DNA of 50,654 bases, taken from the NCBI GenBank assembly GCA_002687935.1, contig NZBN01000004.1, forward strand, positions 1 through 50,654. Direction: 5' to 3'. The position numbers and the translations under genes were made by a program. Below are positions 37,167 to 48,149 of the stretch, in pieces. The first letter of the stretch is position 1. Each line of letters starts with the position of its first letter. This DNA is from Methanobacteriota archaeon (lineage in GTDB: Archaea; Undinarchaeota; Undinarchaeia; Undinarchaeales; Undinarchaeaceae). Under the pieces are notes generated by a model, which made no database searches, was not told where the DNA came from, and saw nothing but the letters and a program-made list of their open reading frames with translations.

Positions 37167-37835
37167 ATGTCAGACCCTATTATGCTCGGAACTGAGAAAG
37201 AATATACTGATTGTGTCCTGAGACTTATTGATGAAGCAGCTAGTTTTATAGATGATTTAAAATCCAGAAAAATAAAATATTTAACTGCAAGTAGCCGAGG
37301 CAGGATAGACGAACTTATAGAAAATGCCAGTTCCTGTGAAATGCAGAAAGTTAAGTCAATTGCGCCTTCTCTGCAGGCTCTTAATGGTGAACTGTCTACA
37401 CTTCTGAAGAAATTTCATGTGATAAAGAGTGCTTACAGAACTGATGAAAGTTTGAAGAGCTTCTTAGGAGATTACAGTCAAAATCCCTCAAATTCCTGCA
37501 CCAAATTAATAAGTTTTATAGACTCCAGTATAGCTCAGATGGACTCAGTAATAGTAAAGTATTCAGATGTTGACAGGGCAAAAAAACCAGCACACACATG
37601 GATACTAACTATTCTATCCAATCAAACAGGAGATAGTGTTTCAAAAAAGGCTAGGAAAGCCAGAATAGTTCTTGAATCTATCAGAAATTTGATAGGAGAG
37701 TTACAGGGGATGTGTCACTCCTCAAAGCTTGAGCTTCTGAATATACGAAATACTGCAAGTAAGACTCTGTCAAAAACTGGACGACTGAGTTATAAATCTC
37801 CTTTTGATGGAGGCTCCGAACCAGGAGCAGCCTAA
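37167..37835 (+). CDS. Hypothetical helical protein
   Basis: 222-aa ORF; no family recognised. Confidence 0.65.
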   Translation: MSDPIMLGTEKEYTDCVLRLIDEAASFIDDLKSRKIKYLTASSRGRIDELIENASSCEMQKVKSIAPSLQALNGELSTLLKKFHVIKSAYRTDESLKSFLGDYSQNPSNSCTKLISFIDSSIAQMDSVIVKYSDVDRAKKPAHTWILTILSNQTGDSVSKKARKARIVLESIRNLIGELQGMCHSSKLELLNIRNTASKTLSKTGRLSYKSPFDGGSEPGAA

Positions 37836-37867
37836 AAAGTTATAAATCTTTCTGACTATCTGAAAAT

Positions 37868-38527
37868 ATGAGCAAATTTTTCCCTGAAAAAATAACAATT
37901 CTGTCCGCTTCGGAACTGCAGGAACAATTTCACGAAGAATTGATTCTTGAAGATGAGATTCCTGTTAATTTGGAAACAATTGGGGGAGTAACAAGTTATT
38001 CCAGAGGAAGTATAATAAAGGTGGCTATGTCCATTCTGAAAATAAAGGATAATTATTCAAATTTTGAAATTTTGAAACAGGATTTTGTTGAAGACACAAG
38101 CAGAATCCCTGAGCTCCCGACATTCGGAGGGTTCAGAGAAGGACGAGTAATAGCAGACACTATAACGAGTTTTGACATACCAGATATATTGATGATTAAA
38201 GGACATGGACTAAACCACCCAAGAAAGTTTGGAATTGCCTGCCATGTAGGACTCTCAATGAACATAGCAACGATAGCGGTTTCAACTGAGCTTCTTTGCG
38301 GAGAAGTGAAAACTATTGACGGGAAAAATCTGATAATGGACGATGAGGAAATTGTAGGAGAAGTTGTAAAAAAAACAGCAACATCGCCAAGACTTTACGT
38401 AAGCCCTGGTCACAGAGTATCTGTAGAAACTGCTGCAGAAATTGTAAGAAAAACGACTCTTGAAAAAATACCTGAGCCTCTGAGAATTGCAAATGAAGAG
38501 CTCGTAAAGAGAATGAGCCAGAAATGA
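37868..38527 (+). CDS. nfi: Endonuclease V-like protein lacking catalytic aspartates
   Basis: FRE, G.G..HPRKFGIACHVG, LYVSPGH, PEPLR; GVTSY and IKGHG where DxSY and DGxG are expected. Confidence 0.82.
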   Translation: MSKFFPEKITILSASELQEQFHEELILEDEIPVNLETIGGVTSYSRGSIIKVAMSILKIKDNYSNFEILKQDFVEDTSRIPELPTFGGFREGRVIADTITSFDIPDILMIKGHGLNHPRKFGIACHVGLSMNIATIAVSTELLCGEVKTIDGKNLIMDDEEIVGEVVKKTATSPRLYVSPGHRVSVETAAEIVRKTTLEKIPEPLRIANEELVKRMSQK

Positions 38528-38826
38528 TGTATCTGACATACACTCCGGTAAAAACCACAGAGGAAGCGAAGACACTTGGAAGACAATTGCTTGAAGAAAA
38601 ACTTGCTTTCTGTGTAAATATTATTCCTAACTGTAGCTCAATTTATTTAGAAAAGAGTAAAATAAAGGAATCTGACGAAGCCATTCTTATTATGAAAACG
38701 AATGCAGATTTTGAAACACTTAAAAAACGAATAAGTGAACTGCACAGCTACGAAATACCTGCAATATTAAAAATAAATGTTGAAGATGTAAACAAGGAAT
38801 ATCTGGACTGGAATTCTCAGCCGTAA
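38524..38826 (+). CDS. cutA: CutA divalent-cation tolerance protein
   Basis: EKLAFCVNI, SIY, E....MK, ELHSYEIPAI, YLDW. Confidence 0.9.
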   Translation: MMYLTYTPVKTTEEAKTLGRQLLEEKLAFCVNIIPNCSSIYLEKSKIKESDEAILIMKTNADFETLKKRISELHSYEIPAILKINVEDVNKEYLDWNSQP

Positions 38827-39203
38827 AGCCTTTGATACCTTATTCTGTCCATTTCAGTCAATGTTTTTTCAACTGAATAAATTATAGCATCTCTTATATC
38901 CTCAGGAGACTTTTTTGCTAGTTTATCCTGAATCTCGCTGAAAACCTGCTGAATTCCAAAAACAACATCATATTCAGCCCCGTCAAGATCCAAAAGCCAT
39001 TCATCCAAATCCCCGGCTCCCTCTACATCTGACATTTCGCCAAGAACTAACGGGAGTATATTTGTAGCCCAGGATCTTGCATCCGAACAGCCGCTGGACT
39101 GAAGAAGTTCCGTTACACGGGAGATGCATAGTTCAGCCAGCTCAGAGTCGTCTTGTTTGAGTTCTTTCAAAACTAGGCGAACTTTGCTTGGAATTTTAGT
39201 CAT
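38817..39203 (-). CDS. Hypothetical acidic protein
   Basis: 128-aa ORF. Confidence 0.6.
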   Translation of the reverse strand: MTKIPSKVRLVLKELKQDDSELAELCISRVTELLQSSGCSDARSWATNILPLVLGEMSDVEGAGDLDEWLLDLDGAEYDVVFGIQQVFSEIQDKLAKKSPEDIRDAIIYSVEKTLTEMDRIRYQRLYG

Positions 39204-39235
39204 GTTTGTTAAGATGGAGCAGAAATTATTTAAAG

Positions 39236-41083
39236 CTATTCTTGTCTCTCTAGAGGAAGATAAACCCTGACACTTCCCCAGTCTGTGACCTGGTCAAAAG
39301 TCTTCGCAAGATAGTAGTTTTCAGAGAGAGCTTCCATAATTAACGCGCTGTCCTCAAGAGGAATTAGCTCAAAGAACTTGTCTGTTTTTCTCTGACTCAT
39401 TACAACAGCAGAGGCATCTCTGCTTTCCAAATGTTCTGCATAAATTTCAGAGTTCATACCGTTGACAGAACGGGCTTTATCACTATCGAATAAGAAGAAG
39501 CCAAAGTAGCCCCGCTCAAAGCCGTGAATCACCGCACGGTCTGCTTCCAGTGCAATGGGAATTTCGAAGGTTATTATTTTACTTTCTTCTGCTGTGTTAA
39601 GCCTTACAAAATCTGCGACTTCCGAAACTTCATTCACAGGGAAGCGGAGAGAACCGTCCTCACTATAATCGAGGCGGAAACGTGGATACTGGAGAAGAGA
39701 AAATGAAACAGTCAAAATGATGAGAACTCCTGCTATGGCGAGAAGTTTTTCCCGAGGATAATTATGAAGAAGGTGTTTCAAGCCGACTGATGCGACAATT
39801 GCCCCCAGTGGCAGGAATGACAGACTGTAACTGTAGCTAGCAGGAGTTGGAACTAGAGAAGAAACCGCAGTGATTGCAACAAAGACTCCGAAGAGGAGAA
39901 TATACATTTTTCTATCCTCAGACGACCATTTTACCCTTCCTGACCTGAACAGAGCAAATGCAGTTATAGCAATCGTTCCGTAGATAATAAAATTATAGAA
40001 AATAGTGAGAGACAGAACAAAGAGTTTGTCAAAAACCGCGGAGGACAGTGTGCCCTGTGTTATTTCAAAGAGGAAATAATTGACTGTTCTTTCTGCTGGA
40101 AATATAGCACTCCTAGTAAGAGGAGCTCCAGCAAAGCCAAAGAAGGTTTTCTGGAAATCCGCGGCGAAGAAGGGAAGATAAACCACTAGCAAAAATCCTA
40201 TACCTGTTATGAGAGACAGAAGAAGGTTTTTTATTCCGGATTTCAGCTTCCATAAGTACCACAATAAGAAAAGAATTGCAGGAGCCGCAAATGCTCTTGT
40301 AGCAATTGAAGCAGAAAATAAAAGAGTTGATGCAATAGCTTTTTTGGAATTTGGAATTTTCCAGGTCAGAGAATGGAGACCAAATAGAAGGAAGAGTACA
40401 GGAATTGTTGAAGAAGTATCCAGAGTTGCAGTGCTTCCCTGATACATTAAATGGAAGGCCAGCAAGGATGTGGCAAGGACACCATACCATTCACTTTTTG
40501 TCAGACGTTTTGTAACTGAGAAAACCAAATAGAACATAAGCAATTTTATCAGAAGCGCCGCAATACGCCCACCATATAAATCAAAGCCAAGGAACAAAAG
40601 AGGGAAGCCTGCGACATAGGTAAAAAGCGGATCTTTCAGATAAATGAAATCAACATAGGGCATTTGCCCTTCGTACGCAAGTTTTGCGCTGTTTATGTGT
40701 ATACCCTCATCCTGGCCTTCAATTCTCTGAAAGAACAGCAAGAAGGTTCCTATCACAACGACAAGGAACATTACAAGTCCGAATGAGAAAAGAGCCTTCT
40801 TCTTTGAACTCATAGACGAAAACAGTTTTGAAACTCGGTTGAAATTACCTATAATATAGGAAACTGCAAGAAGAATAAAACCTGAAATAAGGAGTTCATA
40901 TGGAAGTGTGGCAACACGGGCCATCTTACGTAGGTAGAGACTATTCGAAGTGTCAGAATTAAGGATAATATATTGAAGAATATCCTGACGATAGAAAATA
41001 GCAAGAACACCAAGAATAGCAAGGACAATTCCGGCAATGAGTGGAAGTAGATAAAGTTGTAGAAGATTCTTGGAGTTTTTCAT
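39236..41083 (-). CDS. GT-C-fold membrane glycosyltransferase (ArnT/PMT-like)
   Basis: DEG.H...A.....G..PYVDF...K.PL luminal loop; many TM segments; soluble C-terminal domain. Confidence 0.8.
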   Translation of the reverse strand: MKNSKNLLQLYLLPLIAGIVLAILGVLAIFYRQDILQYIILNSDTSNSLYLRKMARVATLPYELLISGFILLAVSYIIGNFNRVSKLFSSMSSKKKALFSFGLVMFLVVVIGTFLLFFQRIEGQDEGIHINSAKLAYEGQMPYVDFIYLKDPLFTYVAGFPLLFLGFDLYGGRIAALLIKLLMFYLVFSVTKRLTKSEWYGVLATSLLAFHLMYQGSTATLDTSSTIPVLFLLFGLHSLTWKIPNSKKAIASTLLFSASIATRAFAAPAILFLLWYLWKLKSGIKNLLLSLITGIGFLLVVYLPFFAADFQKTFFGFAGAPLTRSAIFPAERTVNYFLFEITQGTLSSAVFDKLFVLSLTIFYNFIIYGTIAITAFALFRSGRVKWSSEDRKMYILLFGVFVAITAVSSLVPTPASYSYSLSFLPLGAIVASVGLKHLLHNYPREKLLAIAGVLIILTVSFSLLQYPRFRLDYSEDGSLRFPVNEVSEVADFVRLNTAEESKIITFEIPIALEADRAVIHGFERGYFGFFLFDSDKARSVNGMNSEIYAEHLESRDASAVVMSQRKTDKFFELIPLEDSALIMEALSENYYLAKTFDQVTDWGSVRVYLPLERQE

Positions 41084-42093
41084 ATCTTAATGAGCCTCCT
41101 GATGAAACCTATTGCATAGGAAGAATGTTGGACAATAAGAACTGGAATTGCCAAAAGTCCTGAAAGAAATCCTCTCCAGCGGACCGTAAGAAGGGCTGAA
41201 AAGCTGAGGATAGCAAGATAAGCCAGAGCTAAATTTGTAAAAAGATGAAGAGCTAGCGGATTTAGTATAGAATATGTAAGAAGTATGAGAAGAAGGAGAT
41301 AAAAAGCTGAAACAGTAGCACTGTACCAGAATCTTCTGAGACCGCGAAAACCCTGTTTTCTTATAATATCGACAACTGCTGAACCATAGACGCGCATTCT
41401 TTTAGAATATGAAGAAATTGTATCATCACGTTTGTGGTATACTATTGCAGAAGGGATTTGGAGGAATTTCCAGCCCTGTTCTGAAAGTCGTAGGTTAAAC
41501 TCAGCATCCTGACCTTTGATGAAGGACTCATCCTGTTGATTCTCTGTCCAGCACTCACTACGATAAAGCGCATTGCAATTAGGAATGGAAGTGACAAAGC
41601 GCTTCCTTCTCCTTGTAGAAGTCTGAGCACTTATTGAACCCCCTCCCATAAAAGAGCTTTCTGCCCTTGCAATTGCTTTTGGCATAAGTGAACTTTCCTT
41701 TGAGAGATTTATCCCTCCGACACAACCAACACTTGGAGGCTGAGCATCCATTTCGGAAACAAGATTTTCCAGCCAGTCTTTTTTGGCTATACAGTCAGAA
41801 TCAATGAAGGCAAAATAATCCACTTTACCTGCTTTTCGAGTCCCTAGATTTCTGTGAGCCGCAGAACCGCGCTTTTTGTCCTGTATAACTATTACATTTT
41901 TTCGTGATTTGGCAAATTTCTGTGCTGTATTTTTTATTTCTTTTGAGCAGGCAGAATCAAGAATAATGTAAAAATCAAAATTACAGTATGTCTGTGCTGA
42001 AACTGCATTAAGGGCATCCTCAAAGAGCACCGGTTCTTCCCTGTATGCAGGAAGGATTACAGCTACATGGGCTTCTTTTTTCATGTTACGCAT
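41080..42093 (-). CDS. Family 2 glycosyltransferase
   Basis: ILPAY.E, FIDSDC, GQDAEFNLRL; C-terminal TM helices. Confidence 0.9.
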   Translation of the reverse strand: MRNMKKEAHVAVILPAYREEPVLFEDALNAVSAQTYCNFDFYIILDSACSKEIKNTAQKFAKSRKNVIVIQDKKRGSAAHRNLGTRKAGKVDYFAFIDSDCIAKKDWLENLVSEMDAQPPSVGCVGGINLSKESSLMPKAIARAESSFMGGGSISAQTSTRRRKRFVTSIPNCNALYRSECWTENQQDESFIKGQDAEFNLRLSEQGWKFLQIPSAIVYHKRDDTISSYSKRMRVYGSAVVDIIRKQGFRGLRRFWYSATVSAFYLLLLILLTYSILNPLALHLFTNLALAYLAILSFSALLTVRWRGFLSGLLAIPVLIVQHSSYAIGFIRRLIKI

Positions 42094-43748
42094 TAGTCAT
42101 AGATTGGCTCTATTTTAATATTAACGCTGTCGTCTACTTGGATTAAAAACCCGTTCCTTGGGCTTGTTGAAAAGGACGATGCAGAAGATTCGTCAAGAGT
42201 AATTTTGTAAGAAGATGTTGAAACAGCATACCATTCAGGGAAGGCATTCAGCCTTGGATAGTTTTTTTCAAGTCCCATAATATCAGAATGGCGGGGGGTA
42301 TCAAACCTAACACTTACTGTTCTCGGTTCATCAAGAGCGATATGGAGATAAAGTGTATCTCCTTCAATATGGCCGCCTATTCTGGTTCCAGGATTCCAGT
42401 CTTCAATATAGGCACCTTTTGTATGATAAAGTGCATACATCAGACTCGTCCGGATATAATTCCCATCCTTATAGTCGTGCTCAAGACCTATCCTGTTCAT
42501 ATTACCCATCATTTCGTCCATCCATCTGAAAACACTATCCGGCATTTCAATATAGCCTGCCAAATAAAGTGCGCTCTCTACAGTGTCAGCGTAGGCATCC
42601 GTTCGCCCCCAAACCGAATACTTGTGCAAGTTCTCAAGTGAATTGCTAATAACGTCAAGATACTTTTCTTCCCCTGTTAGAAGATAAAACTGGTAGTAAG
42701 CATTCAGTAGATAACCCCAATTGTCATTCAACTTAGTATTTGATATCCAGATGTGATCTTCATTAATACCAATTTCCAGCAAAGAGTCGAGCATAAGCCT
42801 TATAGATTGACTATGTCTGGCGTATGCTTCCGGGTCCTCTGATTTTTCAAGATAGAGAAGTTCCAGCATTCCGGGAACAACCTCATTTCCGTGGTCTCTG
42901 AGATTGAATTCACGAATACAGTTTCCGGAAAGGAAGTCCCAGTCACAAGGAATTCCGTTTCGTCTGTCCAGGATGTCTGAATAAAAATCACCTATATTTT
43001 GTGCGGCTTCAAAATATTTGCTGTCACCAGTAAACAAGTATGCTCGAGTCAAACTCTGCAACATTTCCCCATTAGCCTCAGTACCACTTGAGGGAATTTT
43101 TCCGAACTCAGTATCATAAGGAGCGCTTTCCAGTATCTCATCAAGAATTTCAAGAGCCCTATCAGACCATATACTGTTTCCCTTTAACTCAATAATCGGA
43201 AGCAGACCGTCTTTTACATATTCTGATGCTCCAAATATTTCCGCGTCAAGTGAGCTTAGTGAACTGTCACTCTGGACACGTGTAGGAATTATATTTCCAC
43301 TTCTTATGTCTATATTCTTTGGTAGACCTTCTCCAGAAATTGCTCTTTCCATTTCCATTGCAAACTCTAGGGAGCCAGAGTATGAGGAATTTAGATAGTA
43401 AGAGCCTGTAACGAGGAAGGGATACAAATCAGCCGCACTATTTTCAGTTGTCCAGTGATATGAGTCTTTTTTTAACCACTCACGGGCTACATCGACCGGA
43501 GTATGGACAGGATGCTGAGGGAAGAGCTTCGTACCCTGATTCTGATAATCCATCCATATATTAAGAGCATTATTAGCCTTTGAAAAAGCCCAAGAGGCCT
43601 TATAGCTGTTTGACTCCGCAAGCTCATATGGCCCTGATGGACTCTTAATTGGAGACTCCGGAAGCGCCGACGGAACAAACACTGACACCGCAAGCAAAGC
43701 AGCAAGAAGAGCCAATATTGGAACATATCTTTTCATATTATCAAGCAA
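42093..43748 (-). CDS. Exported protein, possibly a six-hairpin glycosidase-like fold
   Basis: Signal peptide; helical repeats such as LTRAYLFTGDSKY and YYQFYLLTGEEKY. Confidence 0.65.
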   Translation of the reverse strand: MLDNMKRYVPILALLAALLAVSVFVPSALPESPIKSPSGPYELAESNSYKASWAFSKANNALNIWMDYQNQGTKLFPQHPVHTPVDVAREWLKKDSYHWTTENSAADLYPFLVTGSYYLNSSYSGSLEFAMEMERAISGEGLPKNIDIRSGNIIPTRVQSDSSLSSLDAEIFGASEYVKDGLLPIIELKGNSIWSDRALEILDEILESAPYDTEFGKIPSSGTEANGEMLQSLTRAYLFTGDSKYFEAAQNIGDFYSDILDRRNGIPCDWDFLSGNCIREFNLRDHGNEVVPGMLELLYLEKSEDPEAYARHSQSIRLMLDSLLEIGINEDHIWISNTKLNDNWGYLLNAYYQFYLLTGEEKYLDVISNSLENLHKYSVWGRTDAYADTVESALYLAGYIEMPDSVFRWMDEMMGNMNRIGLEHDYKDGNYIRTSLMYALYHTKGAYIEDWNPGTRIGGHIEGDTLYLHIALDEPRTVSVRFDTPRHSDIMGLEKNYPRLNAFPEWYAVSTSSYKITLDESSASSFSTSPRNGFLIQVDDSVNIKIEPIYD

Positions 43749-43823
43749 GAGAGGATTGTTATGCTTAAATATATGTTGAATAGCACTTGAAAACCTTAAA
43801 TTCTAATAAGTATAAGGTAAAAT

Positions 43824-44609
43824 GTGCCAAAAATAAAATTAAACGGAATTGAAACTTATTATGAAGTGCAAGGAACGGGACAGCCACTAGTCTTGGTTCA
43901 TGGAGCTGTCGGAACCCACGACATATGGAAGCCCCAGATTGAGCACTTTTCAAAGAAATACAAAGTAATTACCTATGACCTAAGAGGTCATGGAAAAACT
44001 GAGAAGGGAGAAGGGGAATACAGTATAGGACTTTTCGCTGATGATCTCAATGAACTCCTTAAAAAACTGAATATAGAGAAGCCAATAATCTGCGGTCTTT
44101 CATTAGGAGGAATGATAGCGCAGGCTTACGCTGTAAAACACCCTGACAATGTCAAATCCCTTGTTCTTTCTGACACCTGGGCTTCTTCTTCTCTAACGAT
44201 GAGAGACAAGATAGTGAAGCATGTTCTGCCGGAAACTGTTATGAAGCTTATGATAAGACACTTGAGACCGGAAACTTATTTGAAAATAATTACATTCTTC
44301 TTCAAAAAGAGAGGTGTAAAACTGAAGAAGGGAATGACTGATAGATGGGAAGGTACTGAAAAGGAGGAGATTGTAAAAACGCTGGGCGCAGTTTATAGGT
44401 TTAGCGTACAAGAACTTGAGAAAATCGTTGCACCAACTCTGATAATAGTTGGAGAACTAGAGAGAAAAAACGTCTTCAAGCATGCAAAATATATGAGCAG
44501 GCAAATAGAGAACTCATGGATTGAAACAGTTCCGGGAGCAATACACATATCTAATCTGGAAAATGTGGAGTATTTTGATGAGCTTCTTGAACTAATTGCA
44601 CCTCTTTAG
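43824..44609 (+). CDS. Alpha/beta-fold hydrolase
   Basis: LVHG, YDLRGHG, GLSLGG nucleophile elbow, C-terminal His. Confidence 0.92.
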   Translation: MPKIKLNGIETYYEVQGTGQPLVLVHGAVGTHDIWKPQIEHFSKKYKVITYDLRGHGKTEKGEGEYSIGLFADDLNELLKKLNIEKPIICGLSLGGMIAQAYAVKHPDNVKSLVLSDTWASSSLTMRDKIVKHVLPETVMKLMIRHLRPETYLKIITFFFKKRGVKLKKGMTDRWEGTEKEEIVKTLGAVYRFSVQELEKIVAPTLIIVGELERKNVFKHAKYMSRQIENSWIETVPGAIHISNLENVEYFDELLELIAPL

Positions 44610-44651
44610 AACCTAAAAACATTAAAAACGACATCAACATAATATGTGGCT

Positions 44652-47315
44652 ATGGAGCATCGCAAAATAGAGAAAAAATGGCAGAAACACTGGGAAAGTA
44701 AAGGAGTATTCAAAACCAGAGAGGACTCCTCCAAAGAAAAGTATTACGTTCTTGAGATGTTTCCATATCCGAGCGGCAAGATTCATATGGGTCACGTCCG
44801 GAATTATTCCATAGGAGATTCTTTTTCCAGATACAAGAGAATGCAGGGCTGGGATGTTCTTTACCCAATGGGTTACGACGCTTTCGGACTTCCGGCTGAA
44901 AACGCGGCAATTGCAAAGAAAACGCACCCTTCAGAATGGACAAATAAGATGATGGAAGAGATGACGAAGCAATTAAAGTCCCTTGGACTCAGTTATGACT
45001 GGGACCGCGAAGTTCAGACCTGTAAGCCCGACTATTATAGATGGAATCAGTGGATTTTCTTGAAAATGTTGGAAAGGGGACTGGCTTACAAGAAGGCGGC
45101 TCCTATAAACTGGTGTGATTCCTGTGGAACTGTTTTGGCAAATGAACAGGTAGAGGAAGGGAAATGTTGGCGTTGTAAGAGTCCAGTGTCAATGAAGGAC
45201 CTTGAGCAGTGGTTCTTTAAAATTACGGATTATGCTGAAGAATTACTGGATGATATAAACAAATTGGAAGAGTGGCCTGACAAAGTAAAAATAATGCAGA
45301 AGAACTGGATTGGAAAGTCTGAAGGAACTCTTATAAATTTCAGGATGAAGGAGACAGAGGAAGACATTAAAGTGTTCACAACAAGACCAGACACTATTTA
45401 CGGAGCAACTTATATGGTCTACGCTCCAGAACATCCGAAAGTTGCAGAGCTCGTCAAGGGAACAAAGTATGAAAAAGATGTCAAGAAATTTGTGGACAAG
45501 GTACTTCTTGAAGAAAAATTCTCCCGCTCTGCTGAAGACTACACAAAAGAAGGAATGTTTATCGGAAAATATGCGATAAACCCACTTACCGAAGAAGAGA
45601 TTCCAATATACATAGCAAATTTTGTCCTTATGGACTACGGAACCGGAGTCATAATGGCAGTTCCGGCTCACGATCAGCGAGATTTTGAGTTCGCAAAGAA
45701 ATACAAAATACCAATAAAAGTTGTTATACAGCCTGAACGGGAAAAACTGAAGCCTGAAAAAATGACAGAGGCCTATGTCGATGAGGGAATTATTGCTAAC
45801 TCAGGAAAATTCGACGAGATGGGAAGCCTCGAAGCCATAAAAGCAATATCAAAGTATATTGAAAAGGAAAAATTAGGGAAGAAAGAAGTTCAGTACAAAC
45901 TTAAGGACTGGCTTCTTTCTAGGCAGAGATATTGGGGAACACCGATTCCGGTAGTATATTGTGAAAAGTGTGGGATGCTTCCTGTTCCTGAAAAGAACCT
46001 TCCTGTAGAATTACCACTCGATGTTAAATTTACAGGCAAGGGAAATCCACTCGCTTTGAATGAATCTTTTGTTAAAACAAAGTGTCCAGACTGTAAAGGA
46101 CCTGCAGAAAGAGAAACCGACACAATGGACACTTTTGTAGATTCTTCATGGTACTTCTACAGATATCTTGACCCGCAGAATTCAAAGGAGCCATTCTCCA
46201 AGAAATCCGCAGAGTTTTGGGCACCAGTCGACCAGTACATCGGAGGAATAGAACATGCCATAATGCACCTCCTCTACGCAAGATTCTTCTCAAAGGTCTT
46301 GCGCGATATTGGCTTGGGTGGAACTGACGAACCTTTCAAGCGCCTTCTTTGTCAAGGAATGGTCATAAAAGACGGGGCAAAGATGAGCAAGTCACTTGGA
46401 AATGTTGTTGATCCTGGAGAAATAATAGAAAAATACGGAGCAGATACAGCAAGAACTTTTATGCTTTTTACAGCACTTCCTGAAAAGGAGCTTGACTGGA
46501 GTGATTCGGGAGTCGAGGCAGTGTATAGATTCATAGTAAGAGTTAACTCACTTGTTGAGAAGAACCTGAAAAAGATTAAGAAAGGAAAATATGGAGAACT
46601 GAGCAGCAAGGATATGCACATTCTTGCGAAGACGCACAGGACAATAAAAAAGGTCTCAGAACACATGGAAAAGTTCCAGATGAACCTTGCAATAGGGTCG
46701 CTTATGTCTCTTGTGACAGAATTAAACAAATATGCTGAAAATGCAAATTCAGCTGTTTTTGCTGACTGTATAGAAAATATGCTGAAAATGTTCAGTCTTT
46801 TTGCCCCTCACCTGGCAGAGGAGCTGTGGGAAAAGCTAGGAAAGAAGAAAATACTTTCAGCAGAAAGCTGGCCGGAGGCTTCAGAGGAATATCTTGATGA
46901 AAAAATGGAGCTTGGGGAAAAAGTGTTAAGAAATACTGCAAGCGACATCAGAAAAGTTGTTGAACTTGTTGGAAAAGAGCCGGGAGAAATAACACTTTTC
47001 GTAGCGCCGGCGTGGAAATATCTTGCTTATTCGGAATTTAAGGCAGGAAAAGATATTGGAACCATGATGAAGAATTCTGAATTAAAGAAGTATGCCAAGG
47101 AGCTCGTAAAATATGCTCAGAGACTGCAGAAAAGGAAATTTGAACTTCCAGAGGTCATACTGAACAAAGAAGAGGTCAGAAAGTCTCTTGAAGAGGGTAT
47201 TGGACAGCTAAAAGCAGAGTTTGGATGTGACATTCAGCTTATTGACGCAGAAGAAAGTGAAAATGAAAAAGCCAGTACCGGTGATGTTATGAAACCAGCA
47301 ATATTTGTAGAGTGA
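44652..47315 (+). CDS. leuS: Leucine--tRNA ligase
   Basis: PYPSG..HMGH, CP1 editing FTTRPDT and PAHDQRD, GGIEHA, KMSKS. Confidence 0.97.
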   Translation: MEHRKIEKKWQKHWESKGVFKTREDSSKEKYYVLEMFPYPSGKIHMGHVRNYSIGDSFSRYKRMQGWDVLYPMGYDAFGLPAENAAIAKKTHPSEWTNKMMEEMTKQLKSLGLSYDWDREVQTCKPDYYRWNQWIFLKMLERGLAYKKAAPINWCDSCGTVLANEQVEEGKCWRCKSPVSMKDLEQWFFKITDYAEELLDDINKLEEWPDKVKIMQKNWIGKSEGTLINFRMKETEEDIKVFTTRPDTIYGATYMVYAPEHPKVAELVKGTKYEKDVKKFVDKVLLEEKFSRSAEDYTKEGMFIGKYAINPLTEEEIPIYIANFVLMDYGTGVIMAVPAHDQRDFEFAKKYKIPIKVVIQPEREKLKPEKMTEAYVDEGIIANSGKFDEMGSLEAIKAISKYIEKEKLGKKEVQYKLKDWLLSRQRYWGTPIPVVYCEKCGMLPVPEKNLPVELPLDVKFTGKGNPLALNESFVKTKCPDCKGPAERETDTMDTFVDSSWYFYRYLDPQNSKEPFSKKSAEFWAPVDQYIGGIEHAIMHLLYARFFSKVLRDIGLGGTDEPFKRLLCQGMVIKDGAKMSKSLGNVVDPGEIIEKYGADTARTFMLFTALPEKELDWSDSGVEAVYRFIVRVNSLVEKNLKKIKKGKYGELSSKDMHILAKTHRTIKKVSEHMEKFQMNLAIGSLMSLVTELNKYAENANSAVFADCIENMLKMFSLFAPHLAEELWEKLGKKKILSAESWPEASEEYLDEKMELGEKVLRNTASDIRKVVELVGKEPGEITLFVAPAWKYLAYSEFKAGKDIGTMMKNSELKKYAKELVKYAQRLQKRKFELPEVILNKEEVRKSLEEGIGQLKAEFGCDIQLIDAEESENEKASTGDVMKPAIFVE

Positions 47316-48149
47316 TTAAGGTAGTAGTCGCTCGAGCTCTGCAGAGCTCCACAAATGCACTATAATGATAACATTTGGTTCACGTCCGAGCTCCTTTTCA
47401 AGCTCTCTGTATCTTTTGGTGATTTTTGACGCCATAAAACGCTCTCTGAGAACATCCATTTCTCCGAGGATGTAGCCAACCTTGATTGCATCCTTTAACT
47501 CGCGACTCAAGGGCATATGCATAAACAATGGAAGAACAAGCCTCTGAACCCAGCGGTCATATTTCGCTCCGAGTTTTGCCATCTTATTTTCATTTATGTT
47601 ATGTATAAAGGGATTAGTGATTTTTATTGAAGGATTCCTTACCAGCCTCTCGAGGAAGTAGAATGGGTAGTGGAACAAGTCGGCTAATTCCCAGGCAATG
47701 AAGGGCAATCTCTTGGTACTGAAGGCAACTTTTGCCATATTTAGATGCTCTTCTTTTACTTTCTTAGTCAGATATGGGTCAAGCTTGTCCAGAGGAATAT
47801 CTACAGCGTGAAGCTCGGCACCGACTTTCTTTGCAGCTTTCATCACATGGAATTCACGACCTTCAGTCTCAATTGACTCAAGCTCCTCCATCTCCAGCTC
47901 TCCAACAATGAACTTGTCAACAAGATCATGATCTATTTCTTTTTCCTCAATAGAAATTGCGGCAAGAAGTTTCTTTTTTAGTTGAGCGTCAGTGAGTTTT
48001 CCGGAGCTATATGCAGACAGAATTTTTTGGAAAGGAGTTGAGGGAAGCTCGAGGAAAACGGCATCCGGTCTCTTCTTTAGTATTTCCCTCGATTCAAACA
48101 CAGAATGCGCAACATCATGCGCCCCTTCAGCGATAATTTCTATACTCAT
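47316..48149 (-). CDS. Hypothetical protein, weak TraB/GumN-like N-terminus
   Basis: H...S...I....PDAVFLELP; C-terminal VIIIVH. Confidence 0.55.
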   Translation of the reverse strand: MSIEIIAEGAHDVAHSVFESREILKKRPDAVFLELPSTPFQKILSAYSSGKLTDAQLKKKLLAAISIEEKEIDHDLVDKFIVGELEMEELESIETEGREFHVMKAAKKVGAELHAVDIPLDKLDPYLTKKVKEEHLNMAKVAFSTKRLPFIAWELADLFHYPFYFLERLVRNPSIKITNPFIHNINENKMAKLGAKYDRWVQRLVLPLFMHMPLSRELKDAIKVGYILGEMDVLRERFMASKITKRYRELEKELGREPNVIIIVHLWSSAELERLLP

